Sequence record: CM022725.1
Strand: one strand, 5' to 3'
DNA length: 32,000 bases
Every line of letters starts with the position of its first letter. Position 1 is the stretch's first letter. The notes beneath the pieces are model-generated. The model saw nothing but the letters and a program-made list of their open reading frames with translations, was not told where the DNA came from and did no database searches. Of the stretch, positions 22,362 through 31,456 are shown one piece after another. The position numbers and the translations under genes were made by a program.

Positions 22362-22455
22362 TAGTCCTACTCTTGTCGAAAAATATTTTTTGAATCGTGT
22401 CAGACCTGAAAAGAAGCAGCACTAATAGATTTCCTTTCGGACAAAGTAGGCACAC
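22362..22455 (+). ncRNA. ffs: Plastid signal recognition particle RNA (4.5S-type; boundaries approximate)
   Basis: GTGTCAGACCTGAAAAGAAGCAGCAC (22397-22422) aligns position-for-position with E. coli 4.5S domain IV (GGUCAGGUCCGGAAGGAAGCAGCC).
- The apical loop is a GNRA tetraloop, GAAA (22408-22411).
- The loop residues UCAG / AAGCAG are conserved.
- Helix positions change in a compensatory way (the tetraloop-closing C-G becomes U-A, and the G-C below the loop becomes U-A).
- There is a 4-nt 5'-side asymmetric loop.
- The whole element is closed by the long-range pairing CCTACT-C-TTGTC-GAA (22366-22380) with TTC-G-GACAA-AGTAGG (22436-22450). Confidence 0.65.
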
Positions 22456-22599
22456 TAACAGATTTTATATAAGTTTTAAGTATCAACTCATTAAATAATA
22501 AAAACATTTCATAAACCATAATAAAAACTACTAGCTCGTATTATGAGTATTCAATAAATGTTTTGTATTATTTTTAGAATCTTTTTTAGATTTTAATTT

Positions 22600-22671
22600 A
22601 GGCGGTGCCCAGATTCGAACTGGGGGATAAAGGATTTGCAGTCCTCTGCCTTACCACTTGGCTACACCGCC
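22600..22671 (-). tRNA. trnC: tRNA-Cys (anticodon GCA)
   Basis: The reverse complement GGCGGTGTAGCCAAGTGGTAAGGCAGAGGACTGCAAATCCTTTATCCCCCAGTTCGAATCTGGGCACCGCCT has anticodon loop CTGCAAA. Confidence 0.9.
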
Positions 22672-22786
22672 ACTGATTAGTTATCAGTTATAGTTGTAGG
22701 GTAGCCTATTTTATTGATCTTTTCAATATTAATTTATTTTATAAATTTAAGACTTTATTTTTTTAGTAGCTAGCTAATAATTTATT

Positions 22787-25700
22787 ATGACGCTCTTTAG
22801 ACAAAATTCAGCACTTCCAAATTTTTTAGATTCGCAACGTGATAGTTTTCGTTACTTTTTAGAAACGGGAATTCGTGAAGAACTCGATTTCTTTTCTCCA
22901 ATTGTGGGTCAAAGTTTAGGAAGTGCAGTAAAGCGACCAACGGATCGCTATATCTCTGTTTCGTTTCATTCAAAAGACTTTTATTTTAAAAAGCCACGAT
23001 ATAGTCCGCAAGAAGCGGTACAAAATTTAGCTACTTATAATAGTTCATTAATTGTTCCGGTCCATGTATATTCAAAACAATTAAATTTAAATGCTACATT
23101 TCCAGTAGCATTTTGCGATTTACCTTTAATGACGGAACACGGGACTTTCATTTTAAACGGGTCCCCACGTGTAATTGTTCACCAAATTGTTCGTTGTCCT
23201 GGAGTTTATTTAAAACCACAATTTGATAAACAAGGAAATCGTACTCATTTAGTAAGTTTTTTGTCTTCTTATGGGTCATGGTTACGTTTTGAAACAAATA
23301 AAAAAGGAATTGTTTTTGCTCATATTGATAATTTACGAAAAGTCCCTGTAACTTTATTTCTACAAGCATTAGGTTTTTCACTAGAAACAATTTTAAATTC
23401 AATCCAACATCCCGATTTATTAATTCCAACAATTCATGAAGTTGGTTCAACGCCAACCACAGATGAAGCGTTACTGTTATTAATGTCACGTTTATTTCCT
23501 AACCGACCTGCAAATTTACAGCGTGGCCGTAAATTTTTGTTTAACCAATTCTTTAATCCACGTCGTTATAGTTTAAGTTCTGTTGGTCGTCAACGTGTAA
23601 ATCAGAAATTTCGAATGCTTAATAAATCGAAGCATTTAACATTAACACCACAAGATACTTTAGCAGCATTAGACTATTTATTACGTTGTGAACACGGAGA
23701 CACTCAATTTTTAGATGATATTGACCATTTAAAGAACCGTCGTGCACGTTTAGCAGGTGAATTAATCCAAACCCAATTCCGTTTAGGATTAAATCGTTTA
23801 GAACGAGTTATTTTTAATCGTATTAGTGATGAAAATATTTTGCGCCAAACACCAGGTGCCTTACTTTCTTTAAACTCCTTAATTCGTACTCAAGTATTAT
23901 CTTCAGTATTTCAAGAGTTTTTTGGTTCAAACCAATTGTCACAATTTATGGATCAAACGAATCCACTTGCTGAAATTACGCATAAGCGTCGTCTAAGTTC
24001 GTTAGGCCCAGGTGGATTACACCGTGATCGCGCTGGTTTAATTGTTCGTGGTATTCACCCTAGTTATTATGGACGTATTTGTCCAATTGAAACACCAGAA
24101 GGGAAGAATGCTGGTTTAGTAGGTTCTATTGCTACTTTTACTCAAATTAATAAAAATGGATTTCTTGAAAGCCCATATTATAAATTAGTTAAAGCTACAA
24201 ACCGTCCCGATCGAAATGGATTCTTTTTATTAAATGCTTTTTATGAAGAAGATACTGTTGTGGCACAAAGTGACGTAGATTTAAAGCAATTCCGTATTCC
24301 TACGCGTAATCAGAGTCAGTTTACTGAAAATAAAGCCCAAGATATTAATTTTTTAGGACTTTGTCCTATTCAATTTATGTCAGTGGCAACAGCTTTAATT
24401 CCGTTTTTAGAGCATGATGATGCTAACCGTGCATTAATGGGTTCTAACATGCAACGTCAAGCGGTTTCACTTTTAACATCAGAACGCCCATATGTTGGTA
24501 CCGGTTTAGAAGCACGTGTTACTCGTGATATCGGTTCCACAATTGTAGCAAAACACAATAGTTATATTTCATATGTTGATGCTCAACGTATTGATTATTT
24601 TACGCCTAAAGTAAAAGATACGAATTTACTTGATTTAAAAGCTCTTACTGCTGATGTAATTGCAGTAAATGACAGTTTTACTCACCATACGATTTGGTTA
24701 ACAACTTATCAACGTTCAAACCAAGATACTTCTTTAAATCATCGACCACTTGTAAAAGCTAATACGTGGGTTGAAGCTGGTGATTGTTTAGCTGATAACT
24801 CGGCAACTTCACAAGGTGAATTAGCACTTGGTCGTAATATTTTAGTTGGATATATGCCATGGGAAGGATATAACTTTGAAGATGCTGTACTTGTAAGTGA
24901 ACGTTTAGTATTTAATGATGTTTTTACTTCAATTCACATTTCACGTTATGAAATTTCTACTTCACGTTCGCGTGAAGGCCAAGAATACTTTACTAAACAA
25001 GTTGAACGTAATAATTATTTAGATGATTACGGAATCGTAAAAGTTGGAACTTGGGTTGAACCAGGGGATGTTTTAGTTGGTAAGATTTCACCCCAACCTG
25101 AATCAGAAAACACACCGGAAGGTCGTTTATTACGTGCAATTTTTGGTGGTGTAGCACGCAATACAAAAACTACGTCATATTGTATGTCAAGTGGTGTAAC
25201 TGGTCGAATTCTTGATGTTCGTTGTGAATTTCAAAGTCAGACGTTCAATAATGAAGAAGACAGTATGGAATCGACTGGTTCTGTATATGTTTATTTAGTC
25301 CAAAAGCGTCGTTTACAAATTGGGGATAAAGTTGCCGGTCGTCATGGAAATAAAGGTATTATTTCAAATATTTTACCTCGTGCGGATATGCCGTATTTAC
25401 AAAATGGAAAACCACTTGATATGGTTTTAAATCCATTAGGTGTACCGTCACGTATGAATGTGGGTCAAATTTTTGAATGTTTACTTGGTTTAGCCGCTAA
25501 TACATTAAAACAAAATTTTAAAGTATTACCATTTGATGAAATGCACGGATCGGAAGTTTCTCGTGGTTTTGTTTACCACCATCTATACGAATCACGTTTA
25601 CTTACTCAACAAAAATGGTTATTTAAACCAAATTCTCCGGGAAAAAGCTTAATTTTTGACGGTCGAACTGGTTTAAGTTTTGATCAACCAGTAACAGTAG

Positions 25701-26053
25701 GTTACCCTTATATTTTAAAGCTTGTTCACTTAGTTGATGACAAAATTCACGCACGTTCAACGGGTCCATACTCGTTAGTTACGCAACAACCATTAGGGGG
25801 CCGTTCAAAGAAAGGTGGCCAACGTTTAGGTGAAATGGAAGTTTGGGCACTTGAAGGATTTGGTGCGGCGTATGTGCTTCAAGAATTGTTAACAATTAAA
25901 TCAGACGATATGATTGGTCGAAATCGTGCGTTTATGTCGATGATTCGAGGAACATTATTACCAAAACCGGGAATTCCAGAGTCTTTTAAAGTACTTGTCT
26001 CTGAATTACGTGGATTATGCCTTGATATGAGTATTGCTCGTATTAATTTTTAA
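22787..26053 (+). CDS. rpoB: RNA polymerase beta subunit
   Basis: The 1088-aa translation has conserved beta blocks (e.g. FMDQTNPLAEITHKRRLSSLGPGGL, GRHGNKGIIS, NPLGVPSRMNVGQ, GGQRLGEMEVWALEGFGAAY). Confidence 0.95.
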   Translation: MTLFRQNSALPNFLDSQRDSFRYFLETGIREELDFFSPIVGQSLGSAVKRPTDRYISVSFHSKDFYFKKPRYSPQEAVQNLATYNSSLIVPVHVYSKQLNLNATFPVAFCDLPLMTEHGTFILNGSPRVIVHQIVRCPGVYLKPQFDKQGNRTHLVSFLSSYGSWLRFETNKKGIVFAHIDNLRKVPVTLFLQALGFSLETILNSIQHPDLLIPTIHEVGSTPTTDEALLLLMSRLFPNRPANLQRGRKFLFNQFFNPRRYSLSSVGRQRVNQKFRMLNKSKHLTLTPQDTLAALDYLLRCEHGDTQFLDDIDHLKNRRARLAGELIQTQFRLGLNRLERVIFNRISDENILRQTPGALLSLNSLIRTQVLSSVFQEFFGSNQLSQFMDQTNPLAEITHKRRLSSLGPGGLHRDRAGLIVRGIHPSYYGRICPIETPEGKNAGLVGSIATFTQINKNGFLESPYYKLVKATNRPDRNGFFLLNAFYEEDTVVAQSDVDLKQFRIPTRNQSQFTENKAQDINFLGLCPIQFMSVATALIPFLEHDDANRALMGSNMQRQAVSLLTSERPYVGTGLEARVTRDIGSTIVAKHNSYISYVDAQRIDYFTPKVKDTNLLDLKALTADVIAVNDSFTHHTIWLTTYQRSNQDTSLNHRPLVKANTWVEAGDCLADNSATSQGELALGRNILVGYMPWEGYNFEDAVLVSERLVFNDVFTSIHISRYEISTSRSREGQEYFTKQVERNNYLDDYGIVKVGTWVEPGDVLVGKISPQPESENTPEGRLLRAIFGGVARNTKTTSYCMSSGVTGRILDVRCEFQSQTFNNEEDSMESTGSVYVYLVQKRRLQIGDKVAGRHGNKGIISNILPRADMPYLQNGKPLDMVLNPLGVPSRMNVGQIFECLLGLAANTLKQNFKVLPFDEMHGSEVSRGFVYHHLYESRLLTQQKWLFKPNSPGKSLIFDGRTGLSFDQPVTVGYPYILKLVHLVDDKIHARSTGPYSLVTQQPLGGRSKKGGQRLGEMEVWALEGFGAAYVLQELLTIKSDDMIGRNRAFMSMIRGTLLPKPGIPESFKVLVSELRGLCLDMSIARINF

Positions 26054-26073
26054 TTATCTTATATTACAGATTT

Positions 26074-28317
26074 ATGAGTATTGAATATGTTCAACTTCAA
26101 CTTGCTTCACCGAGTGAAATTAAACGTTGGTCACAACGTGTTTTGCCGACTGGTGAAGTAGTTGGAGAAATTAGTAAAGCGGACACAATTAATTACAGAA
26201 CGTTCAAGCCTGAACGTGGTGGTTTATTTTGTGAACGTATTTTTGGTTCCACTTCAAATGGCGAATGTTCATGTGGTAAAACTAAACGTCGAAAATTAAT
26301 CGCTCCTTTGAATTTTAATCGACTTACAGTCCAAAAAAATGATGAGGTTCAAACTGCACAATCATTAATTGAAGTTTGTCCGTCGTGTGGTGTGGAACCA
26401 ACAAATGCAAAAGTGCGTCGTTACCGCATGGGGTGTATTTCATTAAAAAAACCGGTTGCACACATGTGGTACTTCCGAAATAGTCCCAATGTATTAGCTA
26501 CTCTTTTAAATATGCGTAGTCAAGACATTGATGAAATTATTCATTTTCAAACTTATACATCCGCTACGCCAGGTACGCAGAATTATTGTTTACATGGGGG
26601 AGTGCAATGGTATGTAAATCATTGGGAACCTATGCACCCTTATTTTGCTGGTACTACGGATTTTAATTTTGATAAAGTTGCTCCTTGGAATATGAGCGGT
26701 TCTACAATGCCCCCAGAGCCAAAAACAATTGAAAATTGTGGGGCAGAAGCGTTACAAGTCTTGTTAAGTCAACTTGATTTAGCATTTTTACAAAAAATGT
26801 TATCTCGTAAGTTACACAATGAAATTGAAAAACAAAAATTTGCTACAAAACGATTACGTAAACAGCACAAGCGACGTAAAAAATCAAAATTACTTAGTCG
26901 AAATGATCAAAAAAATTACGGTATTTCAACAAAAGTTAAAAAGTATGCTCGCCGTTTAGAATATGTACGATCATTAGCGCGTAAAGGATTACGTCCTGAA
27001 TGGATGGTTTTATCGGTTTTCCCCGTATTGCCACCAGATTTACGTCCAATGATTCAAATGTCAAGCGGGCGCTTTGCAACCTCCGATTTAAATGATTTAT
27101 ATCGTCGTTTAATTTATCGTAAAATTCGTTTTGAAAAATTTTTAACTCTTTTTGATGAAGAATTTTTACCAGATTTATTAATTCGTCATGATTTATGCTT
27201 ATTACAGGAGGCTGCGGATTCTATTATTGACAACGGCCGATTAGAAAAACCTGCGCAACGACCAAACCGTAAAGCATTTAAATCATTAACGTCAATTATT
27301 GAAGGTAAACATGGACGTTTCCGTCAAAACTTATTAGGAAAACGTGTTGATTATTCCGGTCGTTCTGTAATTGTTGTAGGCCCAAAATTACGTTTACACC
27401 AATGTGGTTTACCACGTGAAATGGCGTTAGAATTATTTCAACCATTTGTTATTCGTGCTTTATTAGAAGAATCTGGTGTGAAAAATATTCGTGCAGCGAA
27501 AAATTTATTACAACGTCGTCCGCAGATGGTTTGGGACATTTTAGAGACTGTAGTTACAGGTCATCCTGTTTTATTAAACCGTGCTCCAACTCTTCACCGT
27601 TTAGGTATTCAAGCTTTTGAACCCATTTTATTATCAGGTCGTGCAATTCAATTACACCCTTTAGTATGTCCTGCATTCAATGCTGACTTTGATGGGGATC
27701 AAATGGCAGTTCACGTTCCATTAGGTTTAGAAGCTCAAGCTGAAGCTCGTTTATTAATGCTTGCAACTCACAACTGGTTATCACCAGCCACTGGTGAACC
27801 AAGTATTCTTCCAAGTCAAGATATGATTCTTGGATTTTACTATTTAACTACTTTAAAACCTTCAGTAAGTAAGGTTCCAAAAGTAGAAGTGCTCGAACCG
27901 GGAAGTAATCCTATTACGGTAATGCGTATTGCACAATCAAACGGAATTTTTACAAATTTTCAGAGTGTATTACATGCGTATGGTACGGGTGCTCTTGATT
28001 TACATGAAATGATTTGGCTTCGTTGGTCTTCCTATATTCAAACGAATAATCCAAAACCAGTACAAATTACTGTAAAACCAAGTGGTCATATTACTACAAT
28101 TTATGACACCTTTGTAATGGAGTCAGGTTTAAATTTTCTCTTAAACGAGCAAGTAGAGTTAACAAATTCTAAACAGTTATTTAATCAAAAAATGAGTTCA
28201 GGCTCAAATACTCGTTATTCAACACAAGCCTCATTAAGTGGATATAATTTTTATATTCGTACAACGCCGGGTCGTGTTATTTTTAATAATTTACTTTATG
28301 AAAACCTTTTTTTGTAA
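26074..28317 (+). CDS. rpoC1: RNA polymerase beta' subunit (N-terminal part, cyanobacterial gamma homologue)
   Basis: The 747-aa translation has an N-terminal Zn-finger CxC...CxxC, the RPEWMVL..LPV.PPDLRP block and the catalytic NADFDGDQMAVH motif. It is longer than usual because of insertions and a C-terminal tail. Confidence 0.93.
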   Translation: MSIEYVQLQLASPSEIKRWSQRVLPTGEVVGEISKADTINYRTFKPERGGLFCERIFGSTSNGECSCGKTKRRKLIAPLNFNRLTVQKNDEVQTAQSLIEVCPSCGVEPTNAKVRRYRMGCISLKKPVAHMWYFRNSPNVLATLLNMRSQDIDEIIHFQTYTSATPGTQNYCLHGGVQWYVNHWEPMHPYFAGTTDFNFDKVAPWNMSGSTMPPEPKTIENCGAEALQVLLSQLDLAFLQKMLSRKLHNEIEKQKFATKRLRKQHKRRKKSKLLSRNDQKNYGISTKVKKYARRLEYVRSLARKGLRPEWMVLSVFPVLPPDLRPMIQMSSGRFATSDLNDLYRRLIYRKIRFEKFLTLFDEEFLPDLLIRHDLCLLQEAADSIIDNGRLEKPAQRPNRKAFKSLTSIIEGKHGRFRQNLLGKRVDYSGRSVIVVGPKLRLHQCGLPREMALELFQPFVIRALLEESGVKNIRAAKNLLQRRPQMVWDILETVVTGHPVLLNRAPTLHRLGIQAFEPILLSGRAIQLHPLVCPAFNADFDGDQMAVHVPLGLEAQAEARLLMLATHNWLSPATGEPSILPSQDMILGFYYLTTLKPSVSKVPKVEVLEPGSNPITVMRIAQSNGIFTNFQSVLHAYGTGALDLHEMIWLRWSSYIQTNNPKPVQITVKPSGHITTIYDTFVMESGLNFLLNEQVELTNSKQLFNQKMSSGSNTRYSTQASLSGYNFYIRTTPGRVIFNNLLYENLFL

Positions 28318-31300
28318 CAGAACTGTCGACAAAGGTGAGATGAAACGTCTTATTAAATGGGTATTGTTAAACTATGGAACTGAAAAGACAACCCGTTTAA
28401 TTGATCAATTAAAAACAATGGGATTTCATTATGCTACACATGCTGGACTTTCATTAGGAATTGATGATTTACGAATTCCACCAATTAAATCAACTTTTTT
28501 AAAAAATGCTGATCAAGATATTTATGAAAATGATTTACGTTTACAACGTGGTCAAATTACGTCAGTACAACGTCTTGAAAAAGCTTTAGATATTTGGAAT
28601 ACCACAAATGATACATTAAAAACTGAAGTGATTAAATATTTCCGTGCTACGGACATTTTTAATCCAGTGTATATGATGGCATTTTCTGGTGCCCGAGGAA
28701 ATATTTCCCAAGTACGCCAATTAGTCGGAATGCGTGGTTTAATGGCTGACCCACAAGGTCAAGTATTAGATTTTCCAATTCGTCGAAATTTCCGTGAAGG
28801 GTTAACTGTAACAGAATATATGATTTCTTGTTATGGGGCACGAAAAGGACTTGTAGATACTGCTTTACGTACGGCAAGTTCTGGATATTTAACTCGCCGT
28901 TTAGTGGATGTTGCTCAAAGTGTTATTATTCAACAAGTTGATTGTCATACCACTCAAGGTTTACAAATTATTCCGAATGCTAAACAAATGGATTCCCAGT
29001 TAATTGGGCGAGTACTTTTTGATAATGTTATTGATGTTGAAACTGGTCGAATTATTGGATATAAAAATCAAGATATTTCCCCCGCTTTAGCACTTAAATT
29101 AGTTAAACAACCGACATTAACGATTCGTTCCCCATTAACGTGTAAATTTCATGCTGTTTGTCAATTATGTTATGGGTGGAATTTAGCCCAACAAAAATTG
29201 GTTCAACTTGGTGAAGCTGTTGGAGTGTTAGCTGCACAATCTATTGGTGAACCAGGAACTCAATTAACAATGCGTACATTCCACACTGGTGGGGTATTTG
29301 CTGGAGAAGTTACTGAAAAAGTGTATTCACCTCATGCTGGGACAGTTTTTTATTCAGTAAATATGCGTGGTCGTAAAGTTCTTTCCAAATATGGTGAAAT
29401 TGCATTTTTAACTTTTGAACCAATTCAAATTAAAGTAAAAAATTTGAATCAAACTTCAATTTTAAACTTTCCTGCACTTAGTTTGCTTTATGTTGCGCCA
29501 GGACAAGTAATTGAAGCGCATCAAAGTTTAGCTGAACTTTCACGTATTGAAGTTAAGCGTAAAATGATGCAATTTGACCAAGAAGCAGAAAATTTACGTA
29601 AAGAATTTACTGCCAGTCAATCTGGTCAAGTTTTTTTACCACAGCGTTATCGTTCATTAAGTACTAGTTTTGGCATTTCTCAAGTGTCTAATTATACTGA
29701 AATGTGGCTTTTAGGGGGTTTAATTTGTAATTCTCAGGAATTAATTCCTGGCGATAAAATGAATTTAATTAGTCACCCTATGAGTTGGAAAAGTTTAAAC
29801 ACTCCGGGTAAAGTACAACCGAAAATCTTGGTTGATTCGTTCATGTCGCGTACTAATCGAACTAATAGAGATCTTTCCGATATGGATCGTTATTTTTTAA
29901 CGAACTTTCAATTAACTGATAAAACGAATTTACCTTCTGATACGTTAACGTTTATTCGTAATTATTATCTTGAGCTTAATAATTCAGTGAGTACTGCTAT
30001 TGGTGAAAAAGCATGTTCGTTTACACCTGTAAATCTTTCAGTTTCTTTTAAATTCAAAGCGTTACAATTTGCATCTCAAAAACTTCTTGCGATGCAAACG
30101 ACTTCAACAAAAGGATACCGCAATAAAACTGTTAGTAAGTTTTCGGTTTACTCGAAATTAAAGCTATCTCGTTTAACAAAATATTCACGCCTGTCTGCTG
30201 CTCCCCCAACATTTCAAGATTCAGTCAAGAAGTTAACTATTCCAATGCTAATGAATCCTTTAATGACTGTATTTGCAAATAACTTTGCATTACAAAATGT
30301 TGTGACAGCTAATAAGCTTTCTATTGAAAATTTATATTCTTTTGCTGGTAATCTTAAAATTTCCGGTAATTTTCTGCCGTTACCAACAACTTCAAATATT
30401 CAAACGTTCAAACCTACGATTACAAAAGGGATTCTAATGCCTTTTGGAATTAAACAAACAACAACTGATTTAAGTCTTGAACTTAACAAAATGGAGAATA
30501 AAGCAGTAATGGCAATGTCCGGGGAAATCCGCGCTGTTAATTGTCTTCTTAATGATGAGCATCAAACTGCTTTTAAAGTAAACCCGTCGGAATTAACTGT
30601 TAAATTAGGTGATTATGCTCGAATTGAAGATCAATTAACTCTTACTGAAACGATTCCCTTATCAGGTCAAGTTAATTTCCTTAATTCGGACAATACTGTT
30701 GTTCGTTCAGTTCAACCTTATTTATTAGTTCCCGGATCTGAATTACAAGTTAGTCATGGTCGATTAGTACAAAAGCATACGGTCCTTGGAACTTTAATTT
30801 CAGCAGAATCCAAAGGTGGTGATATTGTTCAAGGTTTACCAAAAGTTGATGAATTACTTGAAGCTCGTGAACCACAACATAAACTTTTTACAAGTATGCA
30901 TGCTAAACTTTCAACGTTATTTTACCAATATGGTAAAATGTATGGTTTACGTGAAGGCTGTGAGTTAAGTTTTCAGAAAATTCGACAATTTTTGGTTCAA
31001 GAAGTTCAAGACGTGTACCAATCACAAGGTGTTTACATTGGTGATAAACACGTCGAAATTATTGTGCGTCAAATGACTACACATGTAGTAGTTATTGATC
31101 CTGGAAAAACAGGTTTATTACCGGGTGATATTATTGATATTCGCCGAATTGAACAATTAGAACATGAAGGTTCTTTTGCTGGCGTTAAGTATCGACCAAT
31201 TTTATTAGGAATTACCCGTGCCGCATTAATGGCTGAAAGTTTTATTTCTGCTGCAAGTTTCCAAGAAACTAAACGTGTACTTGCTAAAGCTGCCCTTGAA

Positions 31301-31381
31301 GGTCAAATTGATTGGTTAACTGGTTTAAAAGAAAACGTTATTTTAGGTCGCTTAATTCCTGCAGGAACTGGTTTATATTAG
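28298..31381 (+). CDS. rpoC2: RNA polymerase beta'' subunit
   Basis: Conserved N-terminal blocks (FCNRTVDKGEMKRLIKW, GLSLGIDDL, SGARGN..QVRQLVGMRGLMADPQG) and C-terminal blocks (GGDIVQGLPKVDELLEAR, ASFQETKRVL, GLKENVILGRLIPAGTG) are present. The ATG at 28298 (MKTFFCN...) is preferred; the ORF-track start at 28238 lies inside rpoC1 and is not conserved. The stop is TAG. Confidence 0.9.
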   Translation: MKTFFCNRTVDKGEMKRLIKWVLLNYGTEKTTRLIDQLKTMGFHYATHAGLSLGIDDLRIPPIKSTFLKNADQDIYENDLRLQRGQITSVQRLEKALDIWNTTNDTLKTEVIKYFRATDIFNPVYMMAFSGARGNISQVRQLVGMRGLMADPQGQVLDFPIRRNFREGLTVTEYMISCYGARKGLVDTALRTASSGYLTRRLVDVAQSVIIQQVDCHTTQGLQIIPNAKQMDSQLIGRVLFDNVIDVETGRIIGYKNQDISPALALKLVKQPTLTIRSPLTCKFHAVCQLCYGWNLAQQKLVQLGEAVGVLAAQSIGEPGTQLTMRTFHTGGVFAGEVTEKVYSPHAGTVFYSVNMRGRKVLSKYGEIAFLTFEPIQIKVKNLNQTSILNFPALSLLYVAPGQVIEAHQSLAELSRIEVKRKMMQFDQEAENLRKEFTASQSGQVFLPQRYRSLSTSFGISQVSNYTEMWLLGGLICNSQELIPGDKMNLISHPMSWKSLNTPGKVQPKILVDSFMSRTNRTNRDLSDMDRYFLTNFQLTDKTNLPSDTLTFIRNYYLELNNSVSTAIGEKACSFTPVNLSVSFKFKALQFASQKLLAMQTTSTKGYRNKTVSKFSVYSKLKLSRLTKYSRLSAAPPTFQDSVKKLTIPMLMNPLMTVFANNFALQNVVTANKLSIENLYSFAGNLKISGNFLPLPTTSNIQTFKPTITKGILMPFGIKQTTTDLSLELNKMENKAVMAMSGEIRAVNCLLNDEHQTAFKVNPSELTVKLGDYARIEDQLTLTETIPLSGQVNFLNSDNTVVRSVQPYLLVPGSELQVSHGRLVQKHTVLGTLISAESKGGDIVQGLPKVDELLEAREPQHKLFTSMHAKLSTLFYQYGKMYGLREGCELSFQKIRQFLVQEVQDVYQSQGVYIGDKHVEIIVRQMTTHVVVIDPGKTGLLPGDIIDIRRIEQLEHEGSFAGVKYRPILLGITRAALMAESFISAASFQETKRVLAKAALEGQIDWLTGLKENVILGRLIPAGTGLY

Positions 31382-31456
31382 AAATAATCTGTGCTATACT
31401 TCCCTACAGAAAGTGTGAATGTTTATACAATTTGAAAACGTTAAATTAAATTTATT

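Noticed and set aside
28238-28297. Upstream start for rpoC2 (MDIIFIFVQRRVVLFLIIYF...) and the antisense ORF at 28659-28877
   Set aside because: The first 20 codons lie within rpoC1 and are not conserved. Conserved RpoC2 begins at MKTFFCNRTVDKG. The ORF at 28659-28877 is an antisense shadow.
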